DNA of 64,000 nucleotides from assembly GCA_027923505.1 (NCBI GenBank), contig BROI01000006.1:868001-932000 (forward strand), written 5' to 3'. The notes under the pieces were generated by a model. That model saw nothing but the letters and a program-made list of their open reading frames with translations, was not told the origin of the DNA and made no database searches. The translations under genes and the position numbers were made by a program. The DNA is from Mayamaea pseudoterrestris (lineage: Eukaryota). Positions 10,527 through 23,400 of the stretch are shown piece by piece; positions within the stretch are counted from its first letter, which is position 1, and every line of letters starts with the position of its first letter.

Positions 10527-12335
10527 ATGAAACCCTACTACTCCTACACTTTCGATGAATCTGTTGGTCTCGATAATGGACTGAATTGGATAACACCGGA
10601 AGATAATATAACTCATGAATCGGCATACTCTATCTCAAATCAATGTCGATCAGTTTCAGAGACGAGCAAAGCACTTGGATCGTCATCGCATCATACCAAA
10701 GGAAGTTGGAACAGCATTGGTTTAGAAGATGTCTTTCAAAGTCCTAAGGGGCGAAAAAAGCATTCAGCTCGCAAAAGCATGTCGCATCGGCCCATCAACA
10801 ATCGCTATAACGACCTTGACGGAATGAGTGCGGCGTTCCCTTCTGAAATATCGATATATGCTGAGCACGATGAGGGACTTTGCTACTCCCGCAATGACTC
10901 GGCTCTTCAGAGGCAAAGGCGTCTCTCTTTGAGTCAAGTCGGTCAAGCTGAAGAGTCGGCGAGCGAGTTGTCTAAGTCTTCGTCACTGGCAAATTGCAGC
11001 CAGCAAAGCGCTAACACCAATGCAGATGACGATATAAATTTGTCCAAACCAGTCGACGATAGAAAGAAGCAGACAGAAGACACAAGCAACTGCGAATTTA
11101 CGGCGGACCTCACGTGTTCGACGGACCTCGAACAAAGTTACACAGAGCACTTTCGCCCGTACCAGCACCATGATTCCATTTCCCTTGATGCAATTAGGGA
11201 GTTCCAGCCATGTCCGCAAGTGCTTTTGCCCGAAGACTTGATAGAGATTCTCAGTTTATCGACTGTGTCCGACAACGTAGAGTGCCCAGGCGAGCGGCTT
11301 CTGCCGGATCGTCAACGAGGTGACGCCGATCGAAACAATAGACGACGAGCAAGACGTTTGCTGAATGAAGTTCCTCCACATGTTGCACCTCGTGATACGG
11401 AACATTCGCGGCGGCGGGCAAGACAAAGCCCCACAAATACAAAGCGATGTTCTCGCCGTCACAAGAAGTTGCTCCAAAAACTGGAAAATTTTATTGAGGC
11501 AACTCCAGTGGGCAGCAAATGTACCGGTCGTGGTGGCCGGAGTGTTAGCGGTAGAAGCCGATCTACGGCGATAACCGTGGCTTCCGCGACAACGCTCAAC
11601 GGGAATCAACCTGACTCCAGCGCCAGAAACTTGAGACAAAGTAGCGGACAGTCTCACAAGCGCCGAAACCGACGGCAAGTCAGTGACCGTCACACAATGG
11701 CCAACGTTGAGTCGAGGGCCCGAAGAAGGGGTCGAAGTAGGAATTCGTCCGCAAGAAGCGCCGATTGCCGTACACCCGACGACTCGACACGCACTTTACG
11801 CCAAAGAGACCGCCAGTCTCGTTCGCGCACTTCCTCACTGCACCGACGTGTTCAAAGGGAAAGTGTGGATCCGGATCAGGCATTGAGACGTATGAAGAAC
11901 ATGAAAGGTATCATCGCAGGAACCTCCATCCAAACTTCTGATTTTGCATCGTCACCAGACCACGGAAGGAGAGTCAGCCACAACAATGGCAAAGCGAAAG
12001 CGTCTCAACAACTCCAGTTCGACCGACATCGCTCATCTTCGCCATCGAGTCGAAAATCACAGCGGCTGCACCATCTTCCTAGCTCAGACAAGTTGAACGT
12101 AATGGTTCCAGATACTCGCAGCTTCAACTATTCTGGAAGTTATCGTGATGAAGGGATAGTTGGATTTCTCGAACTCGCTCAAAGTGGGACAGACGAATTT
12201 AACACTAAATGTGAAGTTATTGATTCCAGACATAAAAGAGACATTGACGACATCCTCCGGGCTGCAGGGATAACAGACCAGCAGATTGCAGTGCTGCACA
12301 AACATGGCCTAAACATCATACCAGATAACAAGTAG
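10527..12335 (+). CDS. Hypothetical disordered Ser/Arg-rich protein with the conserved C-terminal motif (family member 1)
   Basis: ~600-aa ORF, first ATG at 10527. Ends DIDDILRAAGITDQQIAVLHKHGLNIIPDNK. Confidence 0.75.
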   Translation: MKPYYSYTFDESVGLDNGLNWITPEDNITHESAYSISNQCRSVSETSKALGSSSHHTKGSWNSIGLEDVFQSPKGRKKHSARKSMSHRPINNRYNDLDGMSAAFPSEISIYAEHDEGLCYSRNDSALQRQRRLSLSQVGQAEESASELSKSSSLANCSQQSANTNADDDINLSKPVDDRKKQTEDTSNCEFTADLTCSTDLEQSYTEHFRPYQHHDSISLDAIREFQPCPQVLLPEDLIEILSLSTVSDNVECPGERLLPDRQRGDADRNNRRRARRLLNEVPPHVAPRDTEHSRRRARQSPTNTKRCSRRHKKLLQKLENFIEATPVGSKCTGRGGRSVSGRSRSTAITVASATTLNGNQPDSSARNLRQSSGQSHKRRNRRQVSDRHTMANVESRARRRGRSRNSSARSADCRTPDDSTRTLRQRDRQSRSRTSSLHRRVQRESVDPDQALRRMKNMKGIIAGTSIQTSDFASSPDHGRRVSHNNGKAKASQQLQFDRHRSSSPSSRKSQRLHHLPSSDKLNVMVPDTRSFNYSGSYRDEGIVGFLELAQSGTDEFNTKCEVIDSRHKRDIDDILRAAGITDQQIAVLHKHGLNIIPDNK

Positions 12336-12340
12336 ACCTA

Positions 12341-13520
12341 TCAGCGTTGATTGATAATTTTAGTGATCGTCAGCCCAAGCTCGCGCAGCCCCTCCAGCTG
12401 CTCGCTTGAAATACCGACTTGATCTAACATTTTGAACATTACACTGCCGTCAGGCCGCTTCACGTCAGGCACATGCAAATACCTGCTAAAGTGGGGAGCC
12501 CTTGTGCGCTATTCTAAAGCAATCTCGATTGTCTGAATACCGACTGACAGATCGTCGACGTGATCTTATTGACCCTGTTTTCTCTCCGACAAACTGTAAA
12601 GGAAAATTATACCCTTCTCAGATTTGAACGTCTTAAACGAGTTGCGTTCACCAGCTGATCATTCTTAAACGTAGCAGAACTGTCGCTCCAATCTATGCCT
12701 GTTGCCGCCGACCGCTTACTGTTATCAAGCGCTATCGCATGGACTAGCGAGTTTGACTTCACCAAACTCACGCGGCCTAGACGGCGCTTGAGCAGCGGGC
12801 CAGCACTCTTGGTGCTCGTTCGGTGGTTACCCTCTCTCCGGCTTAGCGACCAGCAAGGTGCTGCTCTTGATGTGACTCGATTATACTTGTTCGACGAGTA
12901 ACGCGTCTGCCACCCGGCGTAACACTTGCACAAGTTGCAAGGTACTTGGACGAAACTAAAATTCGAGAACGCTTCGCTAGCCGTCTGGCTTTCGCTGCGT
13001 CTAATTCCTCTCGTCGCGCATGGCAGATGGGGATCATCAAAGCCATCCTCACCACATCCATTATCCAGTGACGAGAGTGGAGCCTCTTTTCTGTCCGCAG
13101 TCTTTGCTGTGGAGATCGAGTGGGTAGCGGATTATAATTAAATCCAGCGCTTTCGAGATGTCAGGCCCAAATCACTGGCACTTACTCTGACGATACGACG
13201 AAGAGTAGTAGGACGTTGTGCATGGCAGTTCCTCGGTGAATTCAGTGATTTCATGGGGCTCGAAGATGTCCTTTCCAAAACGTCCTCATTTTCATTCTGA
13301 CTGACAGCTCTCATATCAATCTGGTTGTCAATACTTTATCTTTGGGATAGTGGTGTATTGGCTTTGATGCTGATGACGCAGTGTCCCGATGTTTGTTAGG
13401 TGAAGCGACGTTTCTGCTTAGTGAAACTTTGCCTAGACTGCTCTCACCAACGGCAGCGTTCCAGACTGTCTTCGAGGCCGGCGATCGGATATATTGCTTC
13501 CATTGATTTGTCATCCGCAT
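12341..13520 (-). pseudogene. Disrupted (or multiply spliced) gene ending in the same C-terminal motif (family member 2)
   Basis: Minus strand 12450-12341 reads GSVMFKMLDQVGISSEQLEGLRELGLTITKIINQR*. There is an in-frame TAG at 12509-12511 and fragmented ORFs upstream. The 5' limit is uncertain. Confidence 0.55.
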
Positions 13521-14212
13521 CGAAACATGCCCAATTGTGCGTCAAGGATGATTCATTTGTCGTCTGTTGACAATACATTTGCTTACTGATGATCTCCTTG
13601 GTTTTTGCTGAGGCGAGAGCTGCGGCGATTTCGAGTATACATTTCCCGTGCTATTCACAAGCGGCTTTTTTGTGAAAATTTATCATCTGTACTAGCTTCA
13701 AACTTAACTGCAAAAACAATGTTGCCTTCACTCTTGGTTTTTGTTGACTTACTCCTTGTTGGCTGGGTCTACACTGCCGCGTCTTCCGTCGAAAAGAAGA
13801 AATCGTCAACTGAGAATCCTTCATCAGTAGAGTCTTCTCCGCCATCCTGAGCAGACTTTCTTCGCCTAGAAGCTTTGCCTTTTCCAATTAAGAATCGACT
13901 GGCTCGTCGATGAAGCATCATCGACTGACTGTGGACCGGGCTGATCCCAGTCAGGGAGTTGCGCAAATTTTGACGATAATCGCCTACTACCCTTGCCAGG
14001 AGAGCTTCGGGAGCTACTCCATTGATGCTGCTGATTCATTTTGTCATCGACTGAGCACACGTTGCTGTCGGAAGCAAAGGAGAAGGAGAGACTTTCACGG
14101 CTGACCCGACACCAATCGTGATCTTCGGGTGACAGGCTTTACAACTGTGCCTTGACTTCTACATTCATCAAAGCGGCGTCACGCATCTTGTTATTACGTT
14201 TGCAGCAATGGT

Positions 14213-17035
14213 TTATTTGTCTACCGTACTTCGACTTCTGCGTCTCCTAGATTCAGTGCCTGCAGGCCCATTTGCTTCCTCCGAGCTCGACGCATGCGAA
14301 CCACTTCCCTTGCGAGCGGAATGTAGCTCCTGCCGAGAACCGTTCATCTCGGATACACTGACCCTTATCTTGCGCACCCGCCCTTTGGAAGGTCGATGAT
14401 CAGTTGAACTCAAAGATCTATTAACGCCGCGAGAATCCTTTGGCGAGTTATGCCAGGTGCTCCCAAGGTTGTCGCGTGGCGACCGTTCCGAATGATTGCG
14501 GACATGCCCAGCTGCCGTCAAGCTTTCCTTCACCTTGCATTTGATTTGCGCCAGTACTTCAGGATCTTCTACACTGCGACCACTCGAGCGACGTCGAACA
14601 TGTTCTGAATTACGTTCACCACTTAAGCGCCGGCGTCCATGTTCTAAATGCTCTCGCTTGTCGCTGTTTGTACTGGGAGATTCCTCGTGCTTTTGGCGCA
14701 GCGATCGTTGAGTCTGCTTGTCATCTTCCACTTTATCGCCTCCACCTTCATGTCCGTACGAACGACGCCGATGGCTTGAGCTTTCCCCTATCAATTCTTT
14801 CTCTTTACCATCCTTGGCCTTTATTCGCGCCAGAAGGACATTGGCTTCAGGACGACCATGGATTGACTTTTTCTCCTCGTCACCTCGTCGGCTAGTACGA
14901 CGGCGATGCGATGAGCTGTTTGCTGCTTTGCTATCATCTGCATGCTTGTCGCTTGAACTGCTACGGTGCGACGATCGATGACTTCCGCTGGACTTACGCT
15001 CATCAGAGTGTTTGTCGCTTGAACTGCTACGATGGGATGAGCGGTGATTTCCGGTTGACTTTCGCGCCTCGTCGCGTCGATTAGAGCGCCTTTGGTGGGC
15101 CGACGTTTCAGTGTCAGTGTCCTTTTTGTGTGGACTCTCCGACTTGGGCGACCTAGCGTGTCTCGATCGTTCCATTTCTTTTTCCTTGGCTTTGATCAGA
15201 GCTAAAACCTTGTTTTCGGATCGTACAGGTGTAACATTATTAGCAGGCGCGTCTTCGTTGAGCAACTCCGCGCGTAGACTAGCATCAACAGAAGCAGAAC
15301 CCCTTTGCTTGGCTTTTATCATTTGCAACACCTTGTTTTCCGTACTTGCCGGCCGAAGACCAGGAGAATTACGAACATCGTCCTCTGCTAACAATTCCGC
15401 ACGAAGATCAGAGTCCACACTTCGTGTATTGTTCTCTTTGGCTTTTATCATTGCAAGTACCTTGCCTTCTGCAGTGCCTGCACGTGTGCTTGGTAGCTCT
15501 GACGATTCATCATCATCCGTCAAAAAGGACGGAACACCTGTTTCCTCGCGCATCTTCTCGCGTTCCTTTTGTCTTATGAGAGCGAGTACCTTATTTTCGG
15601 CAGTAACTGGTTCCTCTGCGTCTGACCCTTCGGTCGTCGAACGTGAGTTCTCTGCACCCGATTCTTCTGATCCAGATGCACCACCTTTGGACGATTTGGA
15701 TGCTGCCGAAACATCATCGGAATCCATGAAAGCGTGTTTGTTTCGGTTGAAGAAATTTCTTGGATTAAGTCGCTTTCGCTGCGATGGGCTTTTATTGGCA
15801 GCATCATCGCCCTCCCCATCCGCTGACGAATGCTTGAAAATGGCACCAAACACACCGCTAGCCTTGTTATTAATTCCTCCTCCACTATCATCGTTGCCGT
15901 TACTATCATCATTGTCGTTTATTTTTTGTCGTGCCCTTTGAAAGATGGACCGCCCGCCGCGATTGCTTTTATTCATTTCAATTTTTTCGTGCACATCAGT
16001 GGTAGAACCAGCAGCACTGAATACATTTGTACTAGTTGACTCTGTTTTTGGAGCATCCGCTAGCGACGACGATGGCTTGCGAAAACTTTCTTGACGCTTG
16101 CGAGCCAGGCGAGGGTTTCGCGCCTTGGCAATAGCGTCGCTCGAATTTCCTGCAAGAAGTCCAGCAGTACTACTCGAAGTAGCACTGACAGATTGGTCCC
16201 CGTCTGGCATTGTTCCATTACCAAGTGTGCTATTAATACCAAGTAATTGCGGACCTACGGAACGTTGCCGCTGCTGACGCGAAATCCCCTTGGCAGCAGC
16301 ACCTGGCACCAGCAAGGCACTTCCGACCGATTTTTGTCGTTGCTGTCGCGTCGTGACGGGCTTTTCGAAGCGCTTCTGCAGTGGTTGTATCTTGCCCCCA
16401 GCAGCCGGAAGATTAGTCGGTCGCCTTAAATTGGATTGAATTGGTATTTGACGTGCGTTTGCGGAAGGTTTGGCGGAGGAAGCCTTGTCCTTTCCCTCGA
16501 GCCAACCATTAGTCTCGTCGATTCCACTAGCATCGAATTTGAATGCATTATTGTTTCCGAAAAAATCCATTGACAATGTCTCTAAACCCAACGATTCCGG
16601 ATCCAAACCCTTGCTAGATGGACTGTTGCCTCGAGACGACAAGGAATGCCTCGGTGAATCACCTTCGGAATCGTCGTGACAATCAATTTGCATATCTGAC
16701 GTGCTCGTAGCTTTCGTGGTTCTATCGCCATTACCGCTGGCAGCAACACCCTGCGAATCATCAGTGCTCATACTATCAGCGTCTTGCTCGTCATTGTAGT
16801 CATCGAAATCATTATTGGCGTGCAGCAACTGCTTGTGTCGTGATGTCGTCGAGGCATTTTGCTGCTTGGCTGCCGCAAATGCGGATGGATCAAAATCCAC
16901 GGCGGAGAAATCAAAACTTTGCGTCGAGTTATGAAAGAGGTCTTCATTTGATAGCCCGTCTGTCTTTAGCTTGCTCAATGAAGCAAGTTTACTTTGAGGC
17001 TTGGCTCGATCCGATGCGCTGCCGGAGTTTCTCAT
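14213..17035 (-). CDS. Hypothetical 940-aa disordered protein with internal ENKVLxxIKAKE repeats
   Basis: Long uninterrupted ORF. It may splice further 3' (GTACGG...TGTAG near 14229-14159), which I could not resolve. Confidence 0.8.
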   Translation of the reverse strand: MRNSGSASDRAKPQSKLASLSKLKTDGLSNEDLFHNSTQSFDFSAVDFDPSAFAAAKQQNASTTSRHKQLLHANNDFDDYNDEQDADSMSTDDSQGVAASGNGDRTTKATSTSDMQIDCHDDSEGDSPRHSLSSRGNSPSSKGLDPESLGLETLSMDFFGNNNAFKFDASGIDETNGWLEGKDKASSAKPSANARQIPIQSNLRRPTNLPAAGGKIQPLQKRFEKPVTTRQQRQKSVGSALLVPGAAAKGISRQQRQRSVGPQLLGINSTLGNGTMPDGDQSVSATSSSTAGLLAGNSSDAIAKARNPRLARKRQESFRKPSSSLADAPKTESTSTNVFSAAGSTTDVHEKIEMNKSNRGGRSIFQRARQKINDNDDSNGNDDSGGGINNKASGVFGAIFKHSSADGEGDDAANKSPSQRKRLNPRNFFNRNKHAFMDSDDVSAASKSSKGGASGSEESGAENSRSTTEGSDAEEPVTAENKVLALIRQKEREKMREETGVPSFLTDDDESSELPSTRAGTAEGKVLAMIKAKENNTRSVDSDLRAELLAEDDVRNSPGLRPASTENKVLQMIKAKQRGSASVDASLRAELLNEDAPANNVTPVRSENKVLALIKAKEKEMERSRHARSPKSESPHKKDTDTETSAHQRRSNRRDEARKSTGNHRSSHRSSSSDKHSDERKSSGSHRSSHRSSSSDKHADDSKAANSSSHRRRTSRRGDEEKKSIHGRPEANVLLARIKAKDGKEKELIGESSSHRRRSYGHEGGGDKVEDDKQTQRSLRQKHEESPSTNSDKREHLEHGRRRLSGERNSEHVRRRSSGRSVEDPEVLAQIKCKVKESLTAAGHVRNHSERSPRDNLGSTWHNSPKDSRGVNRSLSSTDHRPSKGRVRKIRVSVSEMNGSRQELHSARKGSGSHASSSEEANGPAGTESRRRRSRSTVDK

Positions 17036-17559
17036 CGGCTATCTATAATCTCGTTCCAGCGCAAGTGCCTCAACCCACTAGGTAGCTTTTACCTAGGCAT
17101 CAATTCAAAGGTTTTGTAATTTCCGTCTCGATACGCAAAAGGGCGAGTTACTTCAGCCGTCGTTTGGTCTAATTCTACGAGTTTCGTCTCATGTCTCATC
17201 ATGGTCGACTTTCGAGGCTGCGGCGCGACGGATCGACGATGAGTATTCACGAAAAAGTATTCGTGCAATGACCCTTTCATCCATCTATGCCCCGTCATCG
17301 GATATGCCGGCGCGCTGAAAGATACCATGCGACACGCGGAAGCACTTGCCACCCCTCGTACAAATGCTACGTGAGGAACTCGTAGGAAGGCTCGCCAAAA
17401 GACTCGCCAGAGGTGCGTCCCTCGCATGGTTGGATTGTGTCAAGCACAACGCAAAACGATTGCAAACGAAAGCTCTCTGAGACAGTTGGTTTGTAGTCAA
17501 GCAAAGAAGTCTTATTTGCAATCATTCCTCGCAACGAAAGAAGCAAGTGTATAAGCAGC

Positions 17560-19704
17560 ATGAGTCCATTCAATTGCACTCCAATGGCGGAAGAAACGCA
17601 GGTGGAGGCGATTGAGCGGCAAAATTCGGCCTTTGGCGATAACTACTCCATCAAAAGTCGTTCGACGAATAGTCATCATGCTACTATTCGATACCATGAT
17701 GAGCCGGAAGCTGATTATGATGAGGGAGCGACTCTTTTGTATCGGTAAGTGCCGTATTCGTGCTGTGACAGAAAATGAAAATGGTCAAGGTGCAATTTGC
17801 AATGCCTCGCCAATATGCAAATTCATTATGACACTAACATAACCCACCTGTTCTTTATTATTACACCACACAGGCACATTGAGAACAAAGATTGGGACCA
17901 GGCCCTTGGACGATTGGAAGGCGCACCAGTAGAGGCCAAGACTTGGGTGTTTCGCCGTGAAGCCAACTCGGAAAAAACTCGTTGGCGATTGCTTCCAATT
18001 CACGCCGTCTGCATCTTTCGGGCACCCCTCGCTCTCATTGAAGCCTTGATTGAAGTCTACCCGGATGGTCCGCAAATGAAGGATGACCAGGGCATGCTGC
18101 CAGTACATTTGGCCTGTCGCAATGGAGCGAGCAAGGGAGTCGTCATGACATTGCTCGCGGCTTTTCCAGAGTCCATTCACGTGCGCGATCGCAAGGGGCG
18201 CTCACCTGTCGACCTTGTTCTCAACAGTGCGTCGGCCAATAAGGAAGCCGTGTTGGTGGCCCTCAAGAAGTTTCGTCGCGAGGTACCGGAATCGCCCACA
18301 AACATGAACATGGAAGTCTTGTATCATCACAACAATACGAATACTACAAACCTGAGCAGCACCAGGAGCACGCCACTGACAATTGAGCCGGCCATTTCCA
18401 AGCGAGAAAAGACTCCTCGAAACAACTCGATTGGAAGTAGTGTTGGTGCTGCGCCAACGCCTCACTCACTAGCGGTGCCACCAACTCCTGCTGCTCCAGG
18501 ATCACCCGTCGTCAAGGAAGTTGACTACGAGCATCGCACGATTCTCTTTCGCCTCATTCTCAAGAAAGAATGGAAAGCAGCATCAGCTCGTGCAGCTTCG
18601 CATCCAGAGGAAGCACAGACTTGGATCGTCACCAAGGGGTTCAACGGCAACCTGCGGTTCCTTCCGCTGCACAAGGCGTGCGTTCTGCAACCACCAGACT
18701 ATCTCATTGAGGAGCTGTTGCGGGCGTATAATCCGGCGTCGATGGAAAAGGACCAGGATGGATGGCTGCCCTTGCACTGCGCGTGCTTTTACGGCGCCAA
18801 CGAAAAGGTCATTTCCGTGTTGCTGGCCGCTAATCCTCGCGGAGCACAATCCAAGGACGACGAAGGTCGACTGCCGCTTCACTACGCTTGTCTCAAGGGT
18901 GCCGCGCAAGGCTGCGTTGACGCGTTGCTGCAGTGCTTTCCCAAGGGTGCCATGAGCAAGGATGACGAGGGCCGCTTGCCGATCCATCATGCCTGCGGCA
19001 AGGGAGCACCGGAAGGTGTCATTGACGCCTTGCTCAAGGCATCTCCCAAGGGAGCGCAGTCCAAGGATGACCAGGGACGCTTGCCGCTCCATCATGCCTG
19101 CCGCAAAAATGCAAGTGAGCGCGTCATTCGAACACTCGTCAAGGTATATCCCCGGGCCGCCCAAATCAAGGACGACCAAGACAAGCTGCCGATTCACTAC
19201 GCATGCCAGCATCAAGCGTCATCGCAGGTTGTTTCGCTCCTCCTGCAAACGTATCCCGAATCAATAAGCGTCCAAAACGGATTTGGTTACACGCCACTCG
19301 CAGAAGCCAAGTCGCAGGACAATGTCAAGATGGAAGCTGTGATTAAAATCTTAGAAAAGGCCAAGAAGGAGCAAGACAAGAAAAAGGCTGCCAATAACAG
19401 CGAGTACAACATTTACGACGCCAAGATTGCCAACCTAGAAGATAAAGTGTACAGTTTGGAAAAGACCTTATCAAAGGTTGCCATGTTGGGCAAGGAAATA
19501 AAGGTGGACTTGACACGCAAGCAACGAAACCCGACGGAAGTATTGGAACGGTTTGCCGATCGTCTCATTGAAGTGAGTAGTGGGAAGAGTAGCTCGTCGA
19601 ACAGTGGCGCTAGCAAGACGCCACTTAAGAGCCGTCAAGCAACTCCTGTCAAGGGATTGTTTGGCATTGGTGGCGGTCGTTCCAAGAGTGCCAAGGCCGT
19701 GTAG
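17560..19704 (+). CDS. Ankyrin-repeat protein, two exons (intron 17745-17873)
   Basis: About 7 D..GRLPLHxAC repeats. The intron GTAAGT...CTAAC...CAG joins GATLLY-R-HIENKDW in frame. C-terminal coiled-coil-like segment. Confidence 0.9.
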
Positions 19705-20163
19705 TAGATAAAGGGGAATAAGTGTGTATGTTTGCGTTTTACAATGCGTGCAGTGAACATGTAGCCAAGCGCTTGCATTCGCGCTGATTATTTGAGCGTG
19801 CCACACGATCACATTTCTTATTAAGATAACAAATTTTATTATAAACCCCACCGGCTCATGCCTGATATTGCTCGTCTGTCGAATGAATGCATTGTTAGAT
19901 ATTGTGCTCGACTGCTTTAGCCTGCTTGGAGAAATATTCTCTATATATAGCCTGTCAAGCGCTCTTGCGCTCTTTGATCAATGCAAAGTATTGAATTTTG
20001 TGGCATTGAAAGCTGCTGTAGCCATCTGTAAGGGGTCAACAGTATAATATTTTACTGGTACGAGAGAATGGTGAGCATGAAATGCGGGTCTCGTCGGTTG
20101 GTTAGCGCAAGGTCATAGCGGTAATGACGGCGGACCGACAGACGCTCGAAGCGACCGCAAAAG

Positions 20164-20430
20164 TGATAACTTCTACAACACACCGTAATGGCCACACCAC
20201 TGTGTTGCCCCTTAGCCGGTAGGTTGGAGTCTCTATTCCCTCAAAGGTGCTTCGCCTCGATCCGATGATCAAGATGGGTTCAAGGAAATTGTGAGGCTCC
20301 AACCATCGGCCTCGGTATTTACTATTAGGTTATTCTATCCTACTCCCTTTGGTCCTCGATTCCAGATTCCAGGTCGTTAGCTAGGTCACCTCCGCCAGCA
20401 CATCTTCGACACACTGTCGAGATTCTAACA
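20164..20430 (-). repeat. 3' LTR of element A, copy 2
   Basis: TG...CA direct repeat of 26034-26300. Confidence 0.97.
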
Positions 20431-20472
20431 CTCCTCTTGAGCTACTAACGCACCGTGGCTCACCAAAGCTAT

Positions 20473-23400
20473 TTAACCATACATGAATCCAGCAACCAGT
20501 TTCCGAAACGTTGCCTGCGTTTGACCCTTCGTCAAGCAGTCCGCAAAGTTGTCGGTCCCATCAATCTTGATAGGATGCGCAATCCCCGCCGCAGCAGCCT
20601 CTCTCGTCTTGTGATAAGCAATCGCCACATGCTTCTTCTTCAACAAGCTTTCCTTCATCGTCGAGTTCATGATGACTGCGCCGTTGTCCCCGCAAATGAG
20701 ACTTGGTTTAGACACCTTAACACCCAGACAACGAAGCATGTAACGGGTTGCAATCAGCTCTTCCACAGCTGTTCGCATTGCACAAAACTCAGCCCCATAC
20801 GTAGACGTTTCAATCGCTCCTTGTCGTTTGCTCTGATGAAACACAGGAGTCCGACCAATAGCAATCAAAAGTCCTGTAATGGATCGCCTGGTAACCAAAT
20901 CGTGAGCATGGTCCGAATCAACGAAAATGGTGATCGCCATCTTATCAATCAATGGTTTCGGTAAACTTGTATCAATCTCCTCGCTGGCTCCTTCATACAA
21001 ACCCGCAAACTCCTTTGTGAAATCAATCTTTAAAGCGTCTGCGCCGCCCTCATAGATTGGATCACGCGAATCAACAACAATACGCCGATTCGGACGTCGT
21101 TTGAGATAGCCAAAGACTCGTAGCACTCGCTCGAGATGCCCCCTACGTGGGCATGCCGTAAAACGCGCAAGAGATGTATTAGCATGAGCGACATCAATCC
21201 TTCCAATGGTAACGATCCATACAAGCATGCCAATAAGCATTTGATACTTTCGATGCTCGTCGTCGTTGAGCACTGGCAAATCATCCGTCTCTGGATGATC
21301 ACCCGTTGCTGTCGGATTAATGTGCTTCCGCAATTCACCAAACATGTCCTCGACACGCTTGATGGCCTCAGTCAAATACTTCTTGCAACCAATACACCAG
21401 CGACCGCGTTTGTCCTGTTTGTAATCGTTTCCAAGGTAGTAATCCGGCGGACCAATCGCCTTGACCGAGTAAACAAGCTGGATTGCCTCCATGATGGCTT
21501 CCGGCTTCTTAGCGACAATCATAAAATCGTCAACGTGCGTACAGATATACTCATAGTGAGTCTCGTCTTCTGCCAAACGAATCCATACGTCTTTGTCATA
21601 CCCAGTCGGTACGAAACCAATGCCTCGAAGTGTGTCTGCAAAGTGCGCGTGCCATCGTTCACTTGAAGATGACAAACCATACAGTGCCTTGACAATAATA
21701 ACAACACAACCTTCAAGATCCGGTCCAAATTCGGGACCAGCAATGGCATAAACTTTCTCCTTGGTATAGGCATTAACGTAGGCGTTTGCGACATCGCCGC
21801 AGAGCTGTTTCAAACCCGCTTTGTGAGCGATAACATGCAACAAACGAACGCTGATACCCTTTACCGTCGATGAGTATATATTGTGATCCAAAGCATCAAC
21901 CAAGTGACCGCCAGCAACCAATCGCGCCTTGCGTCTCAGATCCTGCTTAACGTCAAAAATCATGACAAGCGTCGTCTTCTGATAGCCGCTCCCTGGGTCA
22001 TGGTTTGCCGGTTTAAAGTCGAAACAGTCGAGATCGGTCAGCGATTTAATCTCAAGCTTTATAGCGTCCTGCCAATAGGTATCGCCATTCTGCTCATCCA
22101 ACTTAATTGCGTCGCGAACATTCCTTGGCACCTGCACTCCATACTTGAGTGTCGGCTTGCGAGCGAAAGGTTTCTTCTTCTTCTTGTGGCTCGTGTTCCG
22201 ACGGACAGCATAAATCTCGTCATTATCGTCAAGACGAAAGTCATATAGACGCTGCATCCGCCGAACTGAATGATCCACATCACGAAGAGTCTTTTGCGCC
22301 CATCCAAAGAGTCGATCTCGCTCGGTTGCCGCCTTGCCTGATCGGGTAGGCCGTTCCTTTACAACGTATCGCGCCGTGAGTAGCGGATAATCAGCTTTCA
22401 TATCCTTCAGCTCTTCCCACGTCGTATACCCTGAGCTCCATTTAACAATGAAACGCAGTCTGCCTTCTTTCCATCCGTGATTGACGATTGACGTGACTTT
22501 CGCGCCGCCAATCTCCTTGCTCTCTTGTAACGACGACAAAGCATCATTGATCTCGTCGACCATTTCAAGCTCCTTCTCCGTCGCTTCCAAGGGATTAAAG
22601 CCCGACAATAGATGCTCCTCTGACTCATCATTGCCAGCGTCGCTCATATCGTCATCTTCATTCCTTGGTGAAAGCCCAGGTAAATCATCTTCGTCGTCGC
22701 TGTCGCTGCCATTGTCGCCTGGACCTGCAGTCTCCTCTGACGCCGATAATTCGTCATCACTGGTAGCGTCATCTGCCCCCTTCTCCTCTGAATCCACACT
22801 CGTGGTAGGAGGAGAGTCTTGAACGCTGCCATAGCTATCGTCATCGCTTTCGTTGCTTCCGTCGCTGCTGCTGTCGCTCTCGTCGTCTCCGCTGCTCGAT
22901 CGCTCGCGCTGCTTCTGACGTTTTCGCACAACAGCACGCTTCTTGTTTCTCTTTCGCTTTTTATCAAAATGTTGTGACACAAGATCGAAAGCCTCGTCGT
23001 CAAGCTTGTACTCCGCGACAGACTCGTTGTCTTCCGGTTTACGCGCCTTAACAACGTTGCGAATCAGCTCTCTGCCCTTCTCCCAGTTTCCTTCAGGCGT
23101 CGTCCAAATGCGATATGTAAATGCATCTCCATGATCCCACGCAATACCAATAAAGCGTCCAGGACAGAAGTTCGGCTCCGGAAACTTTGCCGTCGGTTCA
23201 AAGTACCAAACGGGCTGCCAAAAGGTGAACCGAAAAACCGAAATGTCCGGCGTCATGCCATGAAAACGTTCATAGGGAGTTCTCCAATCGAGGGTCTTGC
23301 GAGCAGTGTAATTCAGACAGTCAACAATAAATTGTAAGCAGTAGCACCAAAACACAAGTGGTGCCTTCGCATAGCGCAAGTTCAGAATCACTCGTTTCTT

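Noticed and set aside
13769..14160. Separate small gene or extra exons of the 940-aa gene
   Set aside because: The fragments are protein-like, but I could not build a consistent in-frame splice model.
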